NCBI RefSeq assembly: GCF_030144855.1
Contig: NC_082710.1
Span: 165,292,001-165,356,000 of the forward strand
Direction: 5' to 3'
Length of the DNA: 64,000 bases
Origin: Hypanus sabinus
Lineage: Eukaryota
Part shown: positions 35,301-47,600 of the stretch, one piece after another
Layout of the letters: every line of letters starts with the position of its first letter
Numbering within the stretch: position 1 is the stretch's first letter
Notes under the pieces: generated by a model
Database searches by the model: none
What the model saw: the letters and a program-made list of their open reading frames with translations, nothing else
Told to the model about the DNA's origin: nothing
Program-made: the position numbers and the translations under genes

Positions 35301-35488
35301 CTGCCAGAAGGACAGAAACAGAAGGACAAATCATTAGAGTCATTCGTCCCAGTGTGTTGGTGTCCACATTTCCACAGCATGGCAACTCAAGCTTGGTCCC
35401 AACTCTGAGGGGCAAGGGGAAGCAGGCACATGAGAACACCGCCAGATGATGGGACAATGCTCCTTTAACTCTGTGGCACACATGGTAC

Positions 35489-35497
35489 CTAATGACC
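35489..35497 (-). CDS. 9-nt microexon A (GGTCATTAG, encoding G-S-L)
   Basis: ttttaattgttttcctccag acceptor directly followed by AG|GTACCA donor; phase 1-1. Confidence 0.55.
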   Translation of the reverse strand, partial: GH

Positions 35498-35989
35498 CTG
35501 GAGGAAAACAATTAAAACACAAAGGTGGATTTCTGATAGAACAGCTCTGCTCCACGCAAGGCTGTGAATACACAGTGCATTTTTCTTGGTGACATGTGAG
35601 ACTGCAGTTACTGGTACATAGTGCAACAATAATCTGCTGGAGGAGATCAGCATTTCAAACAGCTTCTATGGGGGGGCGGGTCGATTAATGTTTTGGGTTG
35701 AAATGATACATCATTACTTACCCTCACAGAAGCTGCTGAGTTCCTCCAGCAGTTTATGTTTTTCTTGCCACAGTTTAATTGCATTGGCACAACATTTAAA
35801 GCCTAGAACTCCCTCCCCAACACCATTGTGCGGGCATCTTTCCCAGAAGGACTAAAACTGTCCTGAAGGCAGCTTACCAGCACTTCTCTCAAAGGCAGTT
35901 TGGAATGAGGAGAATGACCTTGACAGCAAAGTACAGGGTGGAGAAGAGAAATGGTGGGAGAAAGATCAGGTCCCGTAAACTACAATAGG

Positions 35990-36300
35990 CACACTCAGTC
36001 GTTACTTTATTCAGTACATCTGTCTACCTGCTCATTAATACAGATATCTAATCAGCCAATCATGTGGTAGCAACTCAAATCACAAATGCATGCAGACATG
36101 GTCAACGGGTTCAGTTGTTCAGATCAGAATGGGAAAGAGATGTGATCTCAATGTCTTTGACCGTGGAATGATGGTTGATGCCAAGTGGGGTGGTTTAAGT
36201 ATCTCAGAAACTGCTGATCTGGTTTTTTCATGCACAACAATCTCGAGGGTTTACAGAGAATTGCATGAGAAAGAAAAAAATCATCCAGTGAGCAAGAGTT
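35990..36300 (+). mobile_element. Tc1-derived non-autonomous element, truncated
   Basis: cactcagtcgttactttattcagtaca start; RMGKRCDLNVFDRGMMVDAK..LSISETADL. Confidence 0.8.
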
Positions 36301-38620
36301 CAAGTTCAAAGTAAAATTATTATCAAAGAACATATATGTCATCACATGAGATTCATTTTCTTGTGGGCAGTCATCGTAAATACAAGAAACACAAAGATAA
36401 TCATTCAACAGGATGGATAACAATGTGCAAAAAACTGCAAATGCAAAAAGAAAAAAAAGGAAATAATAATAATAAATAAATAAAGCAATAAATATTGAGA
36501 ACACAAGATTAAGATTCCTTGAAAGTGAGTCCATAGGTTGTGAGAACGGTTCAATGATGGGGTGAGTGAAGTTATCCCCTCTGGTTCAAGAGCCTAATGC
36601 TGAGGGCTAATAACTGTTCCTGAACCTGCTGGTGTGAGTCCTGAGGCTCCTGAACTTTCTTCCTAATGGCAACATCAAGAAGAGAGCACAGCCTGGATGG
36701 TGGGACTTCTTGATGATGGATTCTGCTTTCCTGCTATACTGCTCTGTATAGATTTGCTCAATGGTGGGGAGGGTTTTACCTATCATGGACTGGGCTGTAT
36801 CCAGTACATTTTGTTGGCATTTCTATTCAAGGACTTTGGAGTCTCCATACCAGGCTATGATGCAACCAGCCAATATACTCTCCAACGCAATAGAAATTCA
36901 TCAATGTTTTAGTTGATATGCCCAATCTTCACAAACTTCTATGAAAGTAGAGGTGCTGCTGCATTTTCTTCCAAATGGCACTAAGGACCTAGGGCAGATC
37001 CTTTGAAAGGATAACATGGGGGAATTTAAAGTTGTTGACCCTGTCCACATCTGACCCCACTAGGGTGAGGACTAGCTCATGGATCTCTGTTTTCCTCCTC
37101 CTGTAGTCAACAGTAAACTCCTGATTTTTTTTATTCCAATATGGATTCGGCACCACTCTTGATTCGGCCCATGATAATGGTGTCATCCGTCAACTTAAAT
37201 GTGGCATTAGAGCTGTGCTTAGCCTCACAATCGTAAGTATAAATCGAGTAGAACAGGGGCCTAAGTATACAGCCTTATGGTGCACCTGTACTTATAGTTA
37301 CTGTGGAGGAGATGTTGTTTCCAATAGGAACTGACTGAGGGTACAAGTAAGGAAATTGAGGATCCAGCTGCACACAGGGATATTGAGGCCTAGGTCATGG
37401 TGCTTAGTGATTGGTTTCAAAGGGGTGATAGTGTTGATTGCTGGGCAGTAGTCAATGAAGAGCACCCTGTCGTTTGCATCTTCACTGAACAGATGTTCCA
37501 AGGTTGAGTGAAGAGACAAAGAAATGGTATCTGTTGTTGACTTGTTATGACAGTAGGAAAATTGGAGTGGATTCAAGTCACTCCTCAGGCAGGAGTTGAT
37601 ATGTTTCATCATCTACCTCACAAAGCACTTCATCACGGTGGATGTAAGTGCTCAGGACAATAGTCATTGAGGCAGATTACCACATTCTTTGGAGGCACTG
37701 GGATAATTGAAGTAGGTAGGCAACTCATATCAGCCTCAGAGACTGAAACCACAGGGTTGTTGGGGGCTGAGGGAGAAGGTCAAAGTGAGTATAAAATGCA
37801 TTGAGAAAATGAAACGTGGTTATCACCTATAGTGCTTGTTTTCACTTCGCTGGAGGTGATAGCATTCATGCTCTGCAACAGCTGTCGAGCAACCTTCAGT
37901 GACTCATGTTTGGTCCCGAGTTGCCACTTTGCATGTGAGATGGCTTTCTGAAGATCATACCTGGACCTCTTGTATTTTACTTGTTGCCAGACCTGATAAT
38001 CCGTGACAATCATGGTGTATTTGTTCAGACCCTCTAATGAGCTCTTGGACACAGCCCAGTTAACCAACTCAAAGCAGTCCTGAAGCCGCTACTTGGTCTC
38101 CTGTGACCACCTATTTGTTGTCCTTATATGTGGCATCTTACTCTTTTGTCTCTGCTTGTATGCCGGTAGGAGTACAGCCAAGTGATGAGATTTCCTGAAA
38201 TGCTGTCTAGGGGTGGATCGCTAGGCATTCCTAATCATGGTAAGATAGTGGTCAAGTTTGTTGGGACCCATTGTGCTGCAGGAAATATGTTGATTATAAT
38301 TGGGCAGAAATTTCTTCAAGCAAGCCTGCCTGATTGAAGGTCCCAACAATTATTTGAAAGGTGGCAGAGTAGGATGCTTCTTTTTCACTAATCGCTGCAC
38401 CCAATAACTCAAGAATTTGCTTAGCATCAGCTTTTGGCTGTAAGTACTGTGGTCAGGATGACAGAGGAGAACTCTATTGGTCCAGGTTAGAGGATCCGAG
38501 CATCTGAAAGAGTTTATCATGGAACACAGACTACCCCGCCACCCCCTCACCTTTAGCCTTCTCTGAATCAGCCTATGTATTGAATCCATGATGTCCAGAG
38601 TGAGCCAAGTCTCCAGGACA
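36300..38620 (-). mobile_element. Degenerate Rex1/Babar-like LINE
   Basis: MKHINSCLRSDLNPLQFSY..STTDTISLSLH..RVLFIDY..WILNFLT; upstream APE-like VLETWL. Confidence 0.8.
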
Positions 38621-39339
38621 CAAAAATCCCATGGACCTGCTGGGTCAAGCCACCTATTGCCATCCTGCAAGGCTCATGAGGAGAAATTTTCACGATGATT
38701 CATTTCATCAATGGGTAAGCATGACCATTGCAGGGGAGAAGCTCCAGGATCAGTTCCTGAAACCCATCAGGGAGTGGGACAATGAGACTGGTCATTCAAA
38801 CCTCATCCCAGTCACTGTGCAATCAGTTCTGCCTCTGAAAGCACATGAAGCATTTCTCTCCAAAGCCTGACGTGCAGACGTTTCTGTATTTGGAAAATAC
38901 CATAAAATATTTGCAGCACTGTTTAGTTTTGATATAAAACAATAACTGTTTTTCTTTCCACTAATGCTGTCCAACTCTCTGAGTCTTTCAAGCATTTGCT
39001 GGGATCTTTTCCAACTACAGTTTTAAATTTCCATGTGTAATGGCATCTGTTGACTTTAACCACGTCAGAATGACAACACAGGAATGACAACATTCTTACT
39101 GATGTCTCTCACACACAAACCATGAGTGACTGAACAAATTGGTGAATACTTGGGTACTGTACTGACAACAGCACTTCATTCAAAGAGAAGACCAGAGACA
39201 GAATTTGAGTGAATAACCGACAGAAATATGACTGCATGCAAGCAGCTACCACAAGCAGGAAGATAACTGAACTGGAGCTTAAACTACGCAGAAGGCATTC
39301 AGCAATAAAGCTGATATTCATTATGTACCATGGTAGTGG

Positions 39340-39590
39340 AGCTCTGTGCCAAAGTAGTGTAGCTATTAGTGAGCAGCTATTACAGCTCAGAGAGTCCTGG
39401 AGTTTGGAGTTCAATTCCAGAAAGGTATCTCTGTACATCCTCTCTGTAGGTTTTCTCCAGACCTTCTGATTTTCTCCCATAGCGCCAAGACGTACCGCGT
39501 AGATTGTCGTGTCATTAAGTTAGGGTTAATTGGTTTCATTGGGGGTAGCGGGAGGGGCATGTCCCAAAGGCCGGAAGAGCCGACTCTGCC
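39340..39590 (+). mobile_element. tRNA-derived SINE (HE1-like), degenerate
   Basis: A-box/B-box-like head (gtagtgtagctattagtg..ggagttcaattcc) followed by a body like that of the SINE at 55740. Confidence 0.55.
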
Positions 39591-39604
39591 CTGCTCTGTG
39601 TTTT

Positions 39605-40145
39605 AGCCATATATAACCATATAACAATTACAGCATGGAAACAGGCCATCTTGGCCCTTCTAGTCCGTGCCGACGCTTACTCTCACCTAGTCCCACTGAC
39701 CCGCACTCAGCCCATAACCCTCCATTCCTTTCCTGTCCATATACCTATCCAATTTTACTTTAAATGACAATACCAAAACTGCCTCTACCACTTCTACTGG
39801 AAGCTCGTTCCTCACAGCTACCACCCTCTGAGTAAAGAAGTTCCCCCTCGTGTTACCCCTAAACTTTTGCCCCTTAACTCTCAACTCATGTCCTCTTGTT
39901 TGAATCTCCCCTACTCTCAATGGAAAAAGCCTATCCACGTCAACTCTATCTAATCCCCCTCATAATTTTAAATATCTGTATCAAGTCCCCCCTCAACCTT
40001 CTACGCTCCAAAGAATAAAGACCTAACTTGTTTAGCCTTTCCCTGTAACTTGGGTGCTGAAACCCAGGTAACATTCTAGTAAATCTTCTCTGTACTCTCT
40101 CTACTTTGTTGACATCTTTCGTATAATTCGGTGACCAGAACTGCA
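39605..40145 (-). mobile_element. CR1 LINE 3' end
   Basis: QFWSPNYTKDVNKVERVQRRFTRMLPG; (atataacc) tail repeat at 39609-39624. Confidence 0.9.
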
Positions 40146-40680
40146 CACTTTAGCGTTGCAAATTAAATAACTCGCAAAATCAGATGAAAGCATCAGGGTG
40201 GTTGATGTGAATGTCAAAAAAGTTGCAGATGTAGGAAAGTTTAAATAAAACAAAAAGAAATCCAAAATGCTGGAAAGATCTGCAGGACTGTGTAGTTTTT
40301 TTTAAAATTTAGGTTCAGATTCTGGAACTGGAAAGCGAGGAACCAATTAGTCTAGGTACAGGAATGGGGTGGAGAGGAGTGGTTGAAAGAGATTTCTGTG
40401 ATAGGGTGAAATTTACTGACTAAGCATGGAAGTTACACTGTAACAGATGTATTAACATTTGATTTGTAGTATATGCTAAAATGTGTAATGCAAAATGGAA
40501 GCTTGTTAAACGAAGAGGTGTTAGTCTGGAATGAGGGAATGTTATGAGAAAGTACAAAGCTACCACCTTGACTTGTGTGTCCCACAGGCTTCAGCTCAGA
40601 CCACAACCATCTCCCCTTTCATCTTTCACTACTCTAAAAATGTCAGACCAGAATATATATTATAATTAAAATGATATTAC

Positions 40681-41001
40681 CATAAATTCGCAGTTCCATC
40701 ACCTCTTTATGGATATCTGTATCGGTCCATGCATTTATTTCATACAGACCTTTGTCACTGTCTGTTAGGTTCTGTATTTCCAGGTTATAGTCCTTCGGGT
40801 TTAACGTGATCCTCTCTCTGTTACAAATTGCTGAGCTGTCTTTATATTTCACACATAATGGAAACTTTTTTTGACTGGATGAATTTGTGTACTCCCAAAT
40901 AATGAATGAAATGCTTTCTCCTGGCACATTTCCTGGCAAAGTGACTGACTGTCCCAGAGTCCCATTCACCACATGACGAGTAGCCGGATTCCCATCGGAC
41001 T
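40681..41001 (-). CDS. IgV exon B (paralog of exon A)
   Basis: 321 nt, open, phase 1-1, AG/GT intact; 41 nucleotide and 28 amino-acid differences from exon A by manual alignment. Confidence 0.88.
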
Positions 41002-41160
41002 CTGCCAGAACTGAAACAGTCATTAGTCCCAGTGTGTTGGTGTCCACATTTCCACAGCATGGCAACTCTAGCTCAGTCCCAAATCTGAGGGGCAAGGGGA
41101 AGCAGGCACATGAGAACACCACCACATGATGCCCTTTTACCTCAGTGGTACACATGGTCC

Positions 41161-41169
41161 CTAATGACC
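41161..41169 (-). other. Microexon B: acceptor intact, donor GT changed to GG
   Basis: cctccag|GGTCATTAG|GGACCA versus |GTACCA in copy A. Confidence 0.55.
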
Positions 41170-42849
41170 CTGGAGGAAAAGAATTAAAACACAAAGGTGG
41201 ATTTCTGATAGAACAGCTAAGCTCCACGCAAGGCTGTGAATTCACAGTGCATTTTTCTTGGTGACATGTGAGACTGCAGTTACTGATACACAGAGCAACA
41301 ATAATCTGCTGGAGGAGATCAGCATTTCAAACAGCTTCTATGGCTGGAGGGGGGGGGGGCTGCTATTAATGTTTTGGGTAGAAACCATACAACATTACTT
41401 ACCCTCACAGATGTTGCTTGACCCACTGAGTTCCTCCAGCAATTTGTGTGTTTTTACCACAGTTTCATTCCCTTGGCTCAGCATTCATCATTGCTGGCTC
41501 TAAATCCTGGAACTCCCTCCCCAACACCATCGAGGGAGCACCTTCCCCAGAGGGACTGCAAATGTTCCAGAACGAGAAAAATAGAAATAACCCAACATTT
41601 AAAAAAATATCCAACACTGAGGAAAGAGAGGGGAAAATTGGTCTGAGCTAATAATACTACCAGAATCATTAAGCAAAATGACTGTCTTTTGTGCAACAAC
41701 GTTTTGTCATTGAATGGAAGATGAAAACACATAAAAAGAACAAACTTCAGGTCTGAGCATTCTATATATTGAGCCTGTCCCAAGAAGGATCCTTTCAGAA
41801 TAAGAATTATCCAGCCAATTTCTTCCTCATCCCACTGATACATTCAAAATAATCATTAGACCAGATTAACCATCCATGAAATTCTTCCTGAAAGAAGGAA
41901 AATTATACTGTTTAAAGCAAAACGTTCACGTCTTTTTAAAGTGCAGCAGGAAATGGTCCAATGAAGAAAACAGGCATGGCTGAGTTTTAAAAAAGGCAGA
42001 AAACTGACGAATCCACAAGTTCATTAACAGTGAGTATATGTGAAAATAATCATAAAGACCTAAAAGGGCTCACTCCATCAGAAGGATAAACAATGGGATG
42101 TTGTTCACTGAGCAACTTTAACACTATTTTGAAGTGAATGAAATTGCCAGTAAGAACTAAGTGCCAATTTTGTTGAGTGTATTGGAGGTAAAAGCATCCA
42201 ATTTGCTCCGAAGTTTTACTACTCCAACTAAACCAGCCAAAATGAACTTTGCTGATATGAAAATAATGCAGGGACATTTAAAACCAAAGCTATTGTTGAT
42301 TGCAGAATTATTTAGGCATCATAAGTGGAATCAATGAAAAGGGGAGTTTAGGAATATGGTGCTGAATTTGAGACATTGCCTGAGCATTGTCGGTTCAGTT
42401 ATGGTCTTATTGATACACTTAGAGATTGTTTAGATTGTGGAATGTTTGGGAAATGGAGAACTTAACTACCAACAGAATTGTGATTACACTGAAAGGAACT
42501 TCTCATTGTCAAGGCAACCACACAAACTAAAGTGCCTGTGTACTCCTCAGCCTGAGGCAGATTAACTTACTGAGCTGTGCCCCTGCCCACACTGCAGCCA
42601 CTGACAACCTGTTTCATGGTTTCAGAGTCATAGCTCCTCAGCTCTATGTCATGAATAATGCATTAATCTGATGGTAGCAACAGTCTGTGCCTAAAGCAAA
42701 ACCACAAAAGGGGAGCTGAAGATAACAAAATGGTGTAACATTCCGTTATCTCCTGCAAAAGAGGATTTGGTCAACAATATGGTAATACTGCGAATATTAG
42801 CTTTGGGTTATTTGAATTTGAATTTATTTAAATCGTACATCCACTCCAC

Positions 42850-43520
42850 AAAGCGAGTAAAATTCTTTGTGTTATGACTCCGTTGCAATGCACAGACATG
42901 TGAATTTATGTCGAAAGAAGCTGTCCCATGGCTGGTTGGTCCTGGCTTTAATGCAGCGGTACCATCTTCCAGACGGAAGCAGCTGAAACAGTTTATGGTT
43001 GTGGTGACTGGTGTCTCCGATGATCATCCAGGCCTACTTTATGCACCTGCTGCTGTAAATGTCCTCACCGGAGGGGTTCACATCAACAGATGTGCCTAGT
43101 GATCAAGGTTGGTACAGTTCCCATACCAGGTGGTGATACAGAGGTCAGGATGCTCTCAATGGTACCACTGTAGAAGGTCTTGAAGATTTGAGGGCTCATG
43201 CCGATCTTCTCCGTCACTTGAGGTGGAAGAGACACTGCTGTGCTTTTTTTTTGCCACAAAGCCAGTGTGTACAGTCCAGGTCCTCGCGATAGACTCTCAG
43301 TCACTTCACGCCACAGAAACCAGCATAAGCACTGGCCTGATGAGCCACAACGGCTTGGGACAGGACTTTGACTTTGACAGTCCAGGTAAGATCTTTGGTG
43401 ACGTATAACTGAGGAACCTTAAACTGCTCACTGTATCAACTGCAGTCCCATTGATGTTGATCAGTATGAGTTTGTCTCCATTCCTCCTGTAATCCATGAT
43501 CAGTCTTTTGTTTTTTTGGA
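42850..43520 (-). mobile_element. Rex1/Babar-like LINE 3' fragment
   Basis: INGTAVDTVSSLRFL, FKTFYSGTIESILT motifs. Confidence 0.75.
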
Positions 43521-43838
43521 CATTGATGGAAAGATTGTTACCATGTCACCACTGTGTTCCTATTTCCTTGCATTCTTGTAGAAAGCCATTTAAGGACAAT
43601 AGTGAGTATGGATACTGGACAACATGGTGACGAGCTTTTGTATTGGCTGAGGATTTGCAATGATCCATGGTGAAGGGCCTTTCCTGCCCTATTAACCAGA
43701 AAGCCCCACCAGCCACCCCTTAGTTTGACCTTCCTGGGACAGATTTCTGTTCATGGGGTCGACTGTGGTGTCTGTGAGGGCAAAGCAGCTGTTATCAAAG
43801 TATAAAGTTTATGATGCAGAAGCATAGCCATTACCATT

Positions 43839-44450
43839 TGTAACCCTTACCCAACAGGCTGGTATATGTCTAGGGGAAACGGAGTTCCAGTCACTCTCCA
43901 ACCCACCTCCCATACACGCAGGTGCTGTGAGAATCGAGTTAATGTCTCGCGCCCGCCAACAGTATCAAACCCACAACAAATACCGTTATGAAATACACTT
44001 TAAAGAGTTTACTAAAATTAAAAAAAATAGTAGGCAATAAAATATATATATACATATACACATACACAAGGAAAAAAACAAAAGGCGCCAACTTATCAAA
44101 GTTCAGTCTGTTTAGTGCACTGGTTGGAGCTCAATCAATGAACCAATCGACCCATCCGGCCGTCACACCTGGGACCACCCCGGTGGTCTTCCGAGCAGTC
44201 CAGCACACGTCCACCTTCCTCAGCGTCTTCCTCGGCCACCCCAAAAAAACCAGCGAAAACCCCTCCCCCAAGTTCCCAGCATCACAAGACACAATGACAT
44301 TCCCCATTGATTAACAAATGAATACAATTACCATATCAGCCATTCTAAATTGAAACAACGGCGAGAGAAACACTCACCCGACAAAGAAACATTCCTACTT
44401 GTAACAAACCAAAGAGGCCATTTTGAGTAATATACCCAGGACATTGTACA
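43839..44450 (-). mobile_element. 3' LTR of a Gypsy element (612 bp)
   Basis: TG..CA termini; preceded on the minus strand by the PPT ggtgggggagagaa (44451-44464). Confidence 0.9.
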
Positions 44451-44639
44451 TTCTCTCCCCACCAGCAAATGTCATGCCCTCATGGCATTACTAGAGGTCC
44501 CCAAAGCTTCTTGCAACACACAAAACCCAACCCAGGTGCAGAAAGCAGTGACATAACTACCCAGAGCTGTAGAAATCACACTCGGTTCTCTTGGTACCAC
44601 ATATGTCAACCGCTCCGGGGGGCGCCTAATCCTCTGAGA

Positions 44640-47600
44640 TCATACCCCTTCTGCCCCACTGGGCTCCCTCGTCACCTGCGAACCCACTGTCTCGGACACC
44701 CCAGGTCTACCTGACAGACCCGCACCCCCTTCCTCACAGGGGTCCTCCCTCACCTGAGATCTCTCTGGCTCACGCTCGGGTTCCACCCTCTCTCCCACCA
44801 ATGTAGGCTGCCTCTCCATCTGACCCTCAAGACCTTCCCTCCTCTCACCCAATTCAGTATGGGAAGGGCCAGGAGCCTCCTCTCCTGGTACTGGAGCACC
44901 AGCGAATGGGAACAGGGCCCACTCATCTGAGTCGTCCTCCTCTGAATCGGTAGCCATTCCCGGGTGAGGGACCCGTCCCCGCTCTTCAGCAGCGGGCTCT
45001 TCCCGTTCTCCGCGCCCTCGCAGAGTCCTTGTACTGGGCGTAACCTCCCACTCGGGCTCCTTATCCACCTGCACCGCTTGACCCAGTGGCAGCAGGTGAT
45101 TCCTATGGAGTACCTTGATAGGCCCTTTTCCATCCTCGGGTTTCACCCGGTAAACTGGCAGGTTCGGCATCTGGCTCTCTATTACATAGGGGCTGGCCGC
45201 CCATCGATCTGCCAACTTGTGCTTACCAGGGGGTCCCAAATTCCGTAAAAGGACCCGGTCGCCCGGTAATAATTGTACAAACTTCACCTTTCGATCATAC
45301 CGCATCTTAGTCTTCTGATTTTGTTTGGTAGCCGCCGCCTCGGCCAACTCGTACGCCCGCTGTAACTCCCTCTTCATGTCGGACACGTACTTTAGATGGG
45401 ACTTCCCGGGAAATTCGCCCACTCCACCTCCAAAACACACGTCAATGGGCAACTTCGCTTCCCGCCCGAACATCAGATAAAAGGGTGAATACTCTGTAGC
45501 CTCATTGCGAGTACAATTGTAACAGTGAACCAATTGTCCAATATGACGACTCCACCTGCTTTTCTGCCCAATCTCCAGCGTCCCGAGCATATCCAACAGG
45601 GTCCTGTTGAATCTCTCTGGCTGAGGGTCTCCCTGTGGGTGGTAAGGGGTAGTCCTGGATTTCTCAACCCCAAGCATAGTCAGTAATTCCTGGATAAGGC
45701 GGCTCTCAAAGTCCCGCCCCTGATCACTATGGATTCGCCTGGGAAGGCCGTAATACACAAAATACTTCTCCCATAACACCTTCGCCACTGTCGTCGCTTT
45801 CTGATCCTTGGTGGGAAATGCCTGAGCATAGCGAGTGTAATGATCGGTGATGACTAATACATTCGCGGTGTTGTTGGTGTCAGGCTCAATCGACAGGAAA
45901 TCCATACATACCAGGTCCAGAGGTCCCGCACTCTGCAAGTGCGACAGTGGAGCCGCCAACTCTGGCAGGGTCTTCCTCTGGACGCAACGACGGCATCCCC
46001 TACATTATTCTTCGACGTCCCCCCTCATCCGGGGCCAGTAGAACCGGTCTTAGAGTAATCCATATGTCTTTTCCACCCCCAAATGTCCAGAATCATCAAG
46101 TAAGGCCTGGAGTACAGCCTGGCGATACTCCTCCGGCAGGTCCAGTTGCCAACAGCGGGGTTGGTCCGGAGGCGTCGTTACCCGGTACAAGATTTTGTTC
46201 TTTAACTTCAACCGAGACCACTCCTTCAACAACAGAGGCACGCATGGGTGTTTCACCTTCTCAGCCAACACCCCATCCCCCTTCTCGACCGCTCTCCACA
46301 CTGTGCCAATGCCCGGGTCATTTTGCTGAGCAGTTGCCACTTCCCCCGGACTCAGTTCCGGCAACTGTTTAGTCCCCAGAGCAGTCAGGTCACAGTAAAC
46401 TAGGGGTATGGCGTCGTCAAAAACCCCCAAATGGTCCACGGCTCGTTCCAGCCTCCCTCTTCCCTCGGCCTTCACGGTGATAACAAACTGACACATCGCC
46501 TTCACTCCAGGGGCAGGGGCAGGGACACTCTCCCACTCCTTGTCCCTCTCCTCCTCCCCCGGCTCCCGACGAGACAATGCATCCGCATCGACATTCTTGC
46601 TTCCGGGGCGGTACCTCAGGCTGAAATCATATACCGACAATGCCGCCAGCCACCGATGTCCTGTGGCATCCAGCTTCGCCGAAGTCAAAATATAGGTGAG
46701 AGGATTTTTATCCGTTCTCACCTCAAACTTGGCTCCGTACAAGTAATCGCCCTGCTTGTCCACCACCGCCCACTTCAGCGCCAGGAACTCCAACTTGTGA
46801 GTGGGATAGTTTCTCTTAGAGGGTGACAAGCTTCGGCTGACAAAGGCTACCGGTCTCAATGCTTTGCCATGCTCCTGGTACAGAACAGCCCCGAGACCCT
46901 CTCGGCTGGCATCCTTGTGCAGCACATATGGCTTCTGGGGATCGGCAAAAGCCAACACCGGGGCCTGGGTCAGGGCCCTTTCCAAAGATCGGAACGCCTC
47001 TTCACATTGATCATCCCATCTCGAGCCAAAAGGTTCCGCCGGGTTCCAGTATCCTCCAGCGTCCTGCCTCTGGTTCCCCGTCCTCTTCTTCCCCACTGGG
47101 GGATAGCCACAAAACAGCTGAGTCAACGGGTGACACACTTTGGCGTATCCTTTCACAAATCGCCGGTAATACCCACAGAACCCCAAAAATGAGCGCAGAG
47201 CACCCACTTTCTGGGGTCTCGGCCAGGTGGTCACAGCCTCTATCTTGGTTGGATCAGTAGCCACTCCCTCTCGCGAAATGATATGGCCAATGTAGTTAAC
47301 CGACGACTTGCAGAACTGGCATTTGTCCAGGGAAAGCTTCAACCCTTCTTCATTAAGCCGGTCCAACACCTTCAACAGCCTCTCCTCATGTTCCTCCATA
47401 GTCGATCCAAACACTATCAAATCGTCCAGGTACACCAGCACCTCCAACAGATTCATATCCCCCACAGTTCTCTCCATGAGCCTCTGGAAGGTGGCTGGGG
47501 CTCCGGATATGCCTTGGGGCATTCGTTCGAACTGAAAGAACCCCAGCGGGCAGATAAAAGCGGTCTTCTCTTTATCGGCCGCACTCATCAGGATCTGGTA

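Noticed and set aside
34942-35511. ORF-track 189-aa and 200-aa ORFs (also 40643-41245) read as single-exon genes
   Set aside because: Only the central 107 codons are Ig-like and are bounded by splice sites; the flanks are intron sequence, including the GNIILIIIYILV AT-rich read-through.
42566-42620. ATG plus strong GTAAGT donor (MKQVVSGCSVGRGTA) as the leader exon
   Set aside because: It ends in phase 2, has no hydrophobic core in that frame, and would frameshift the V exons.
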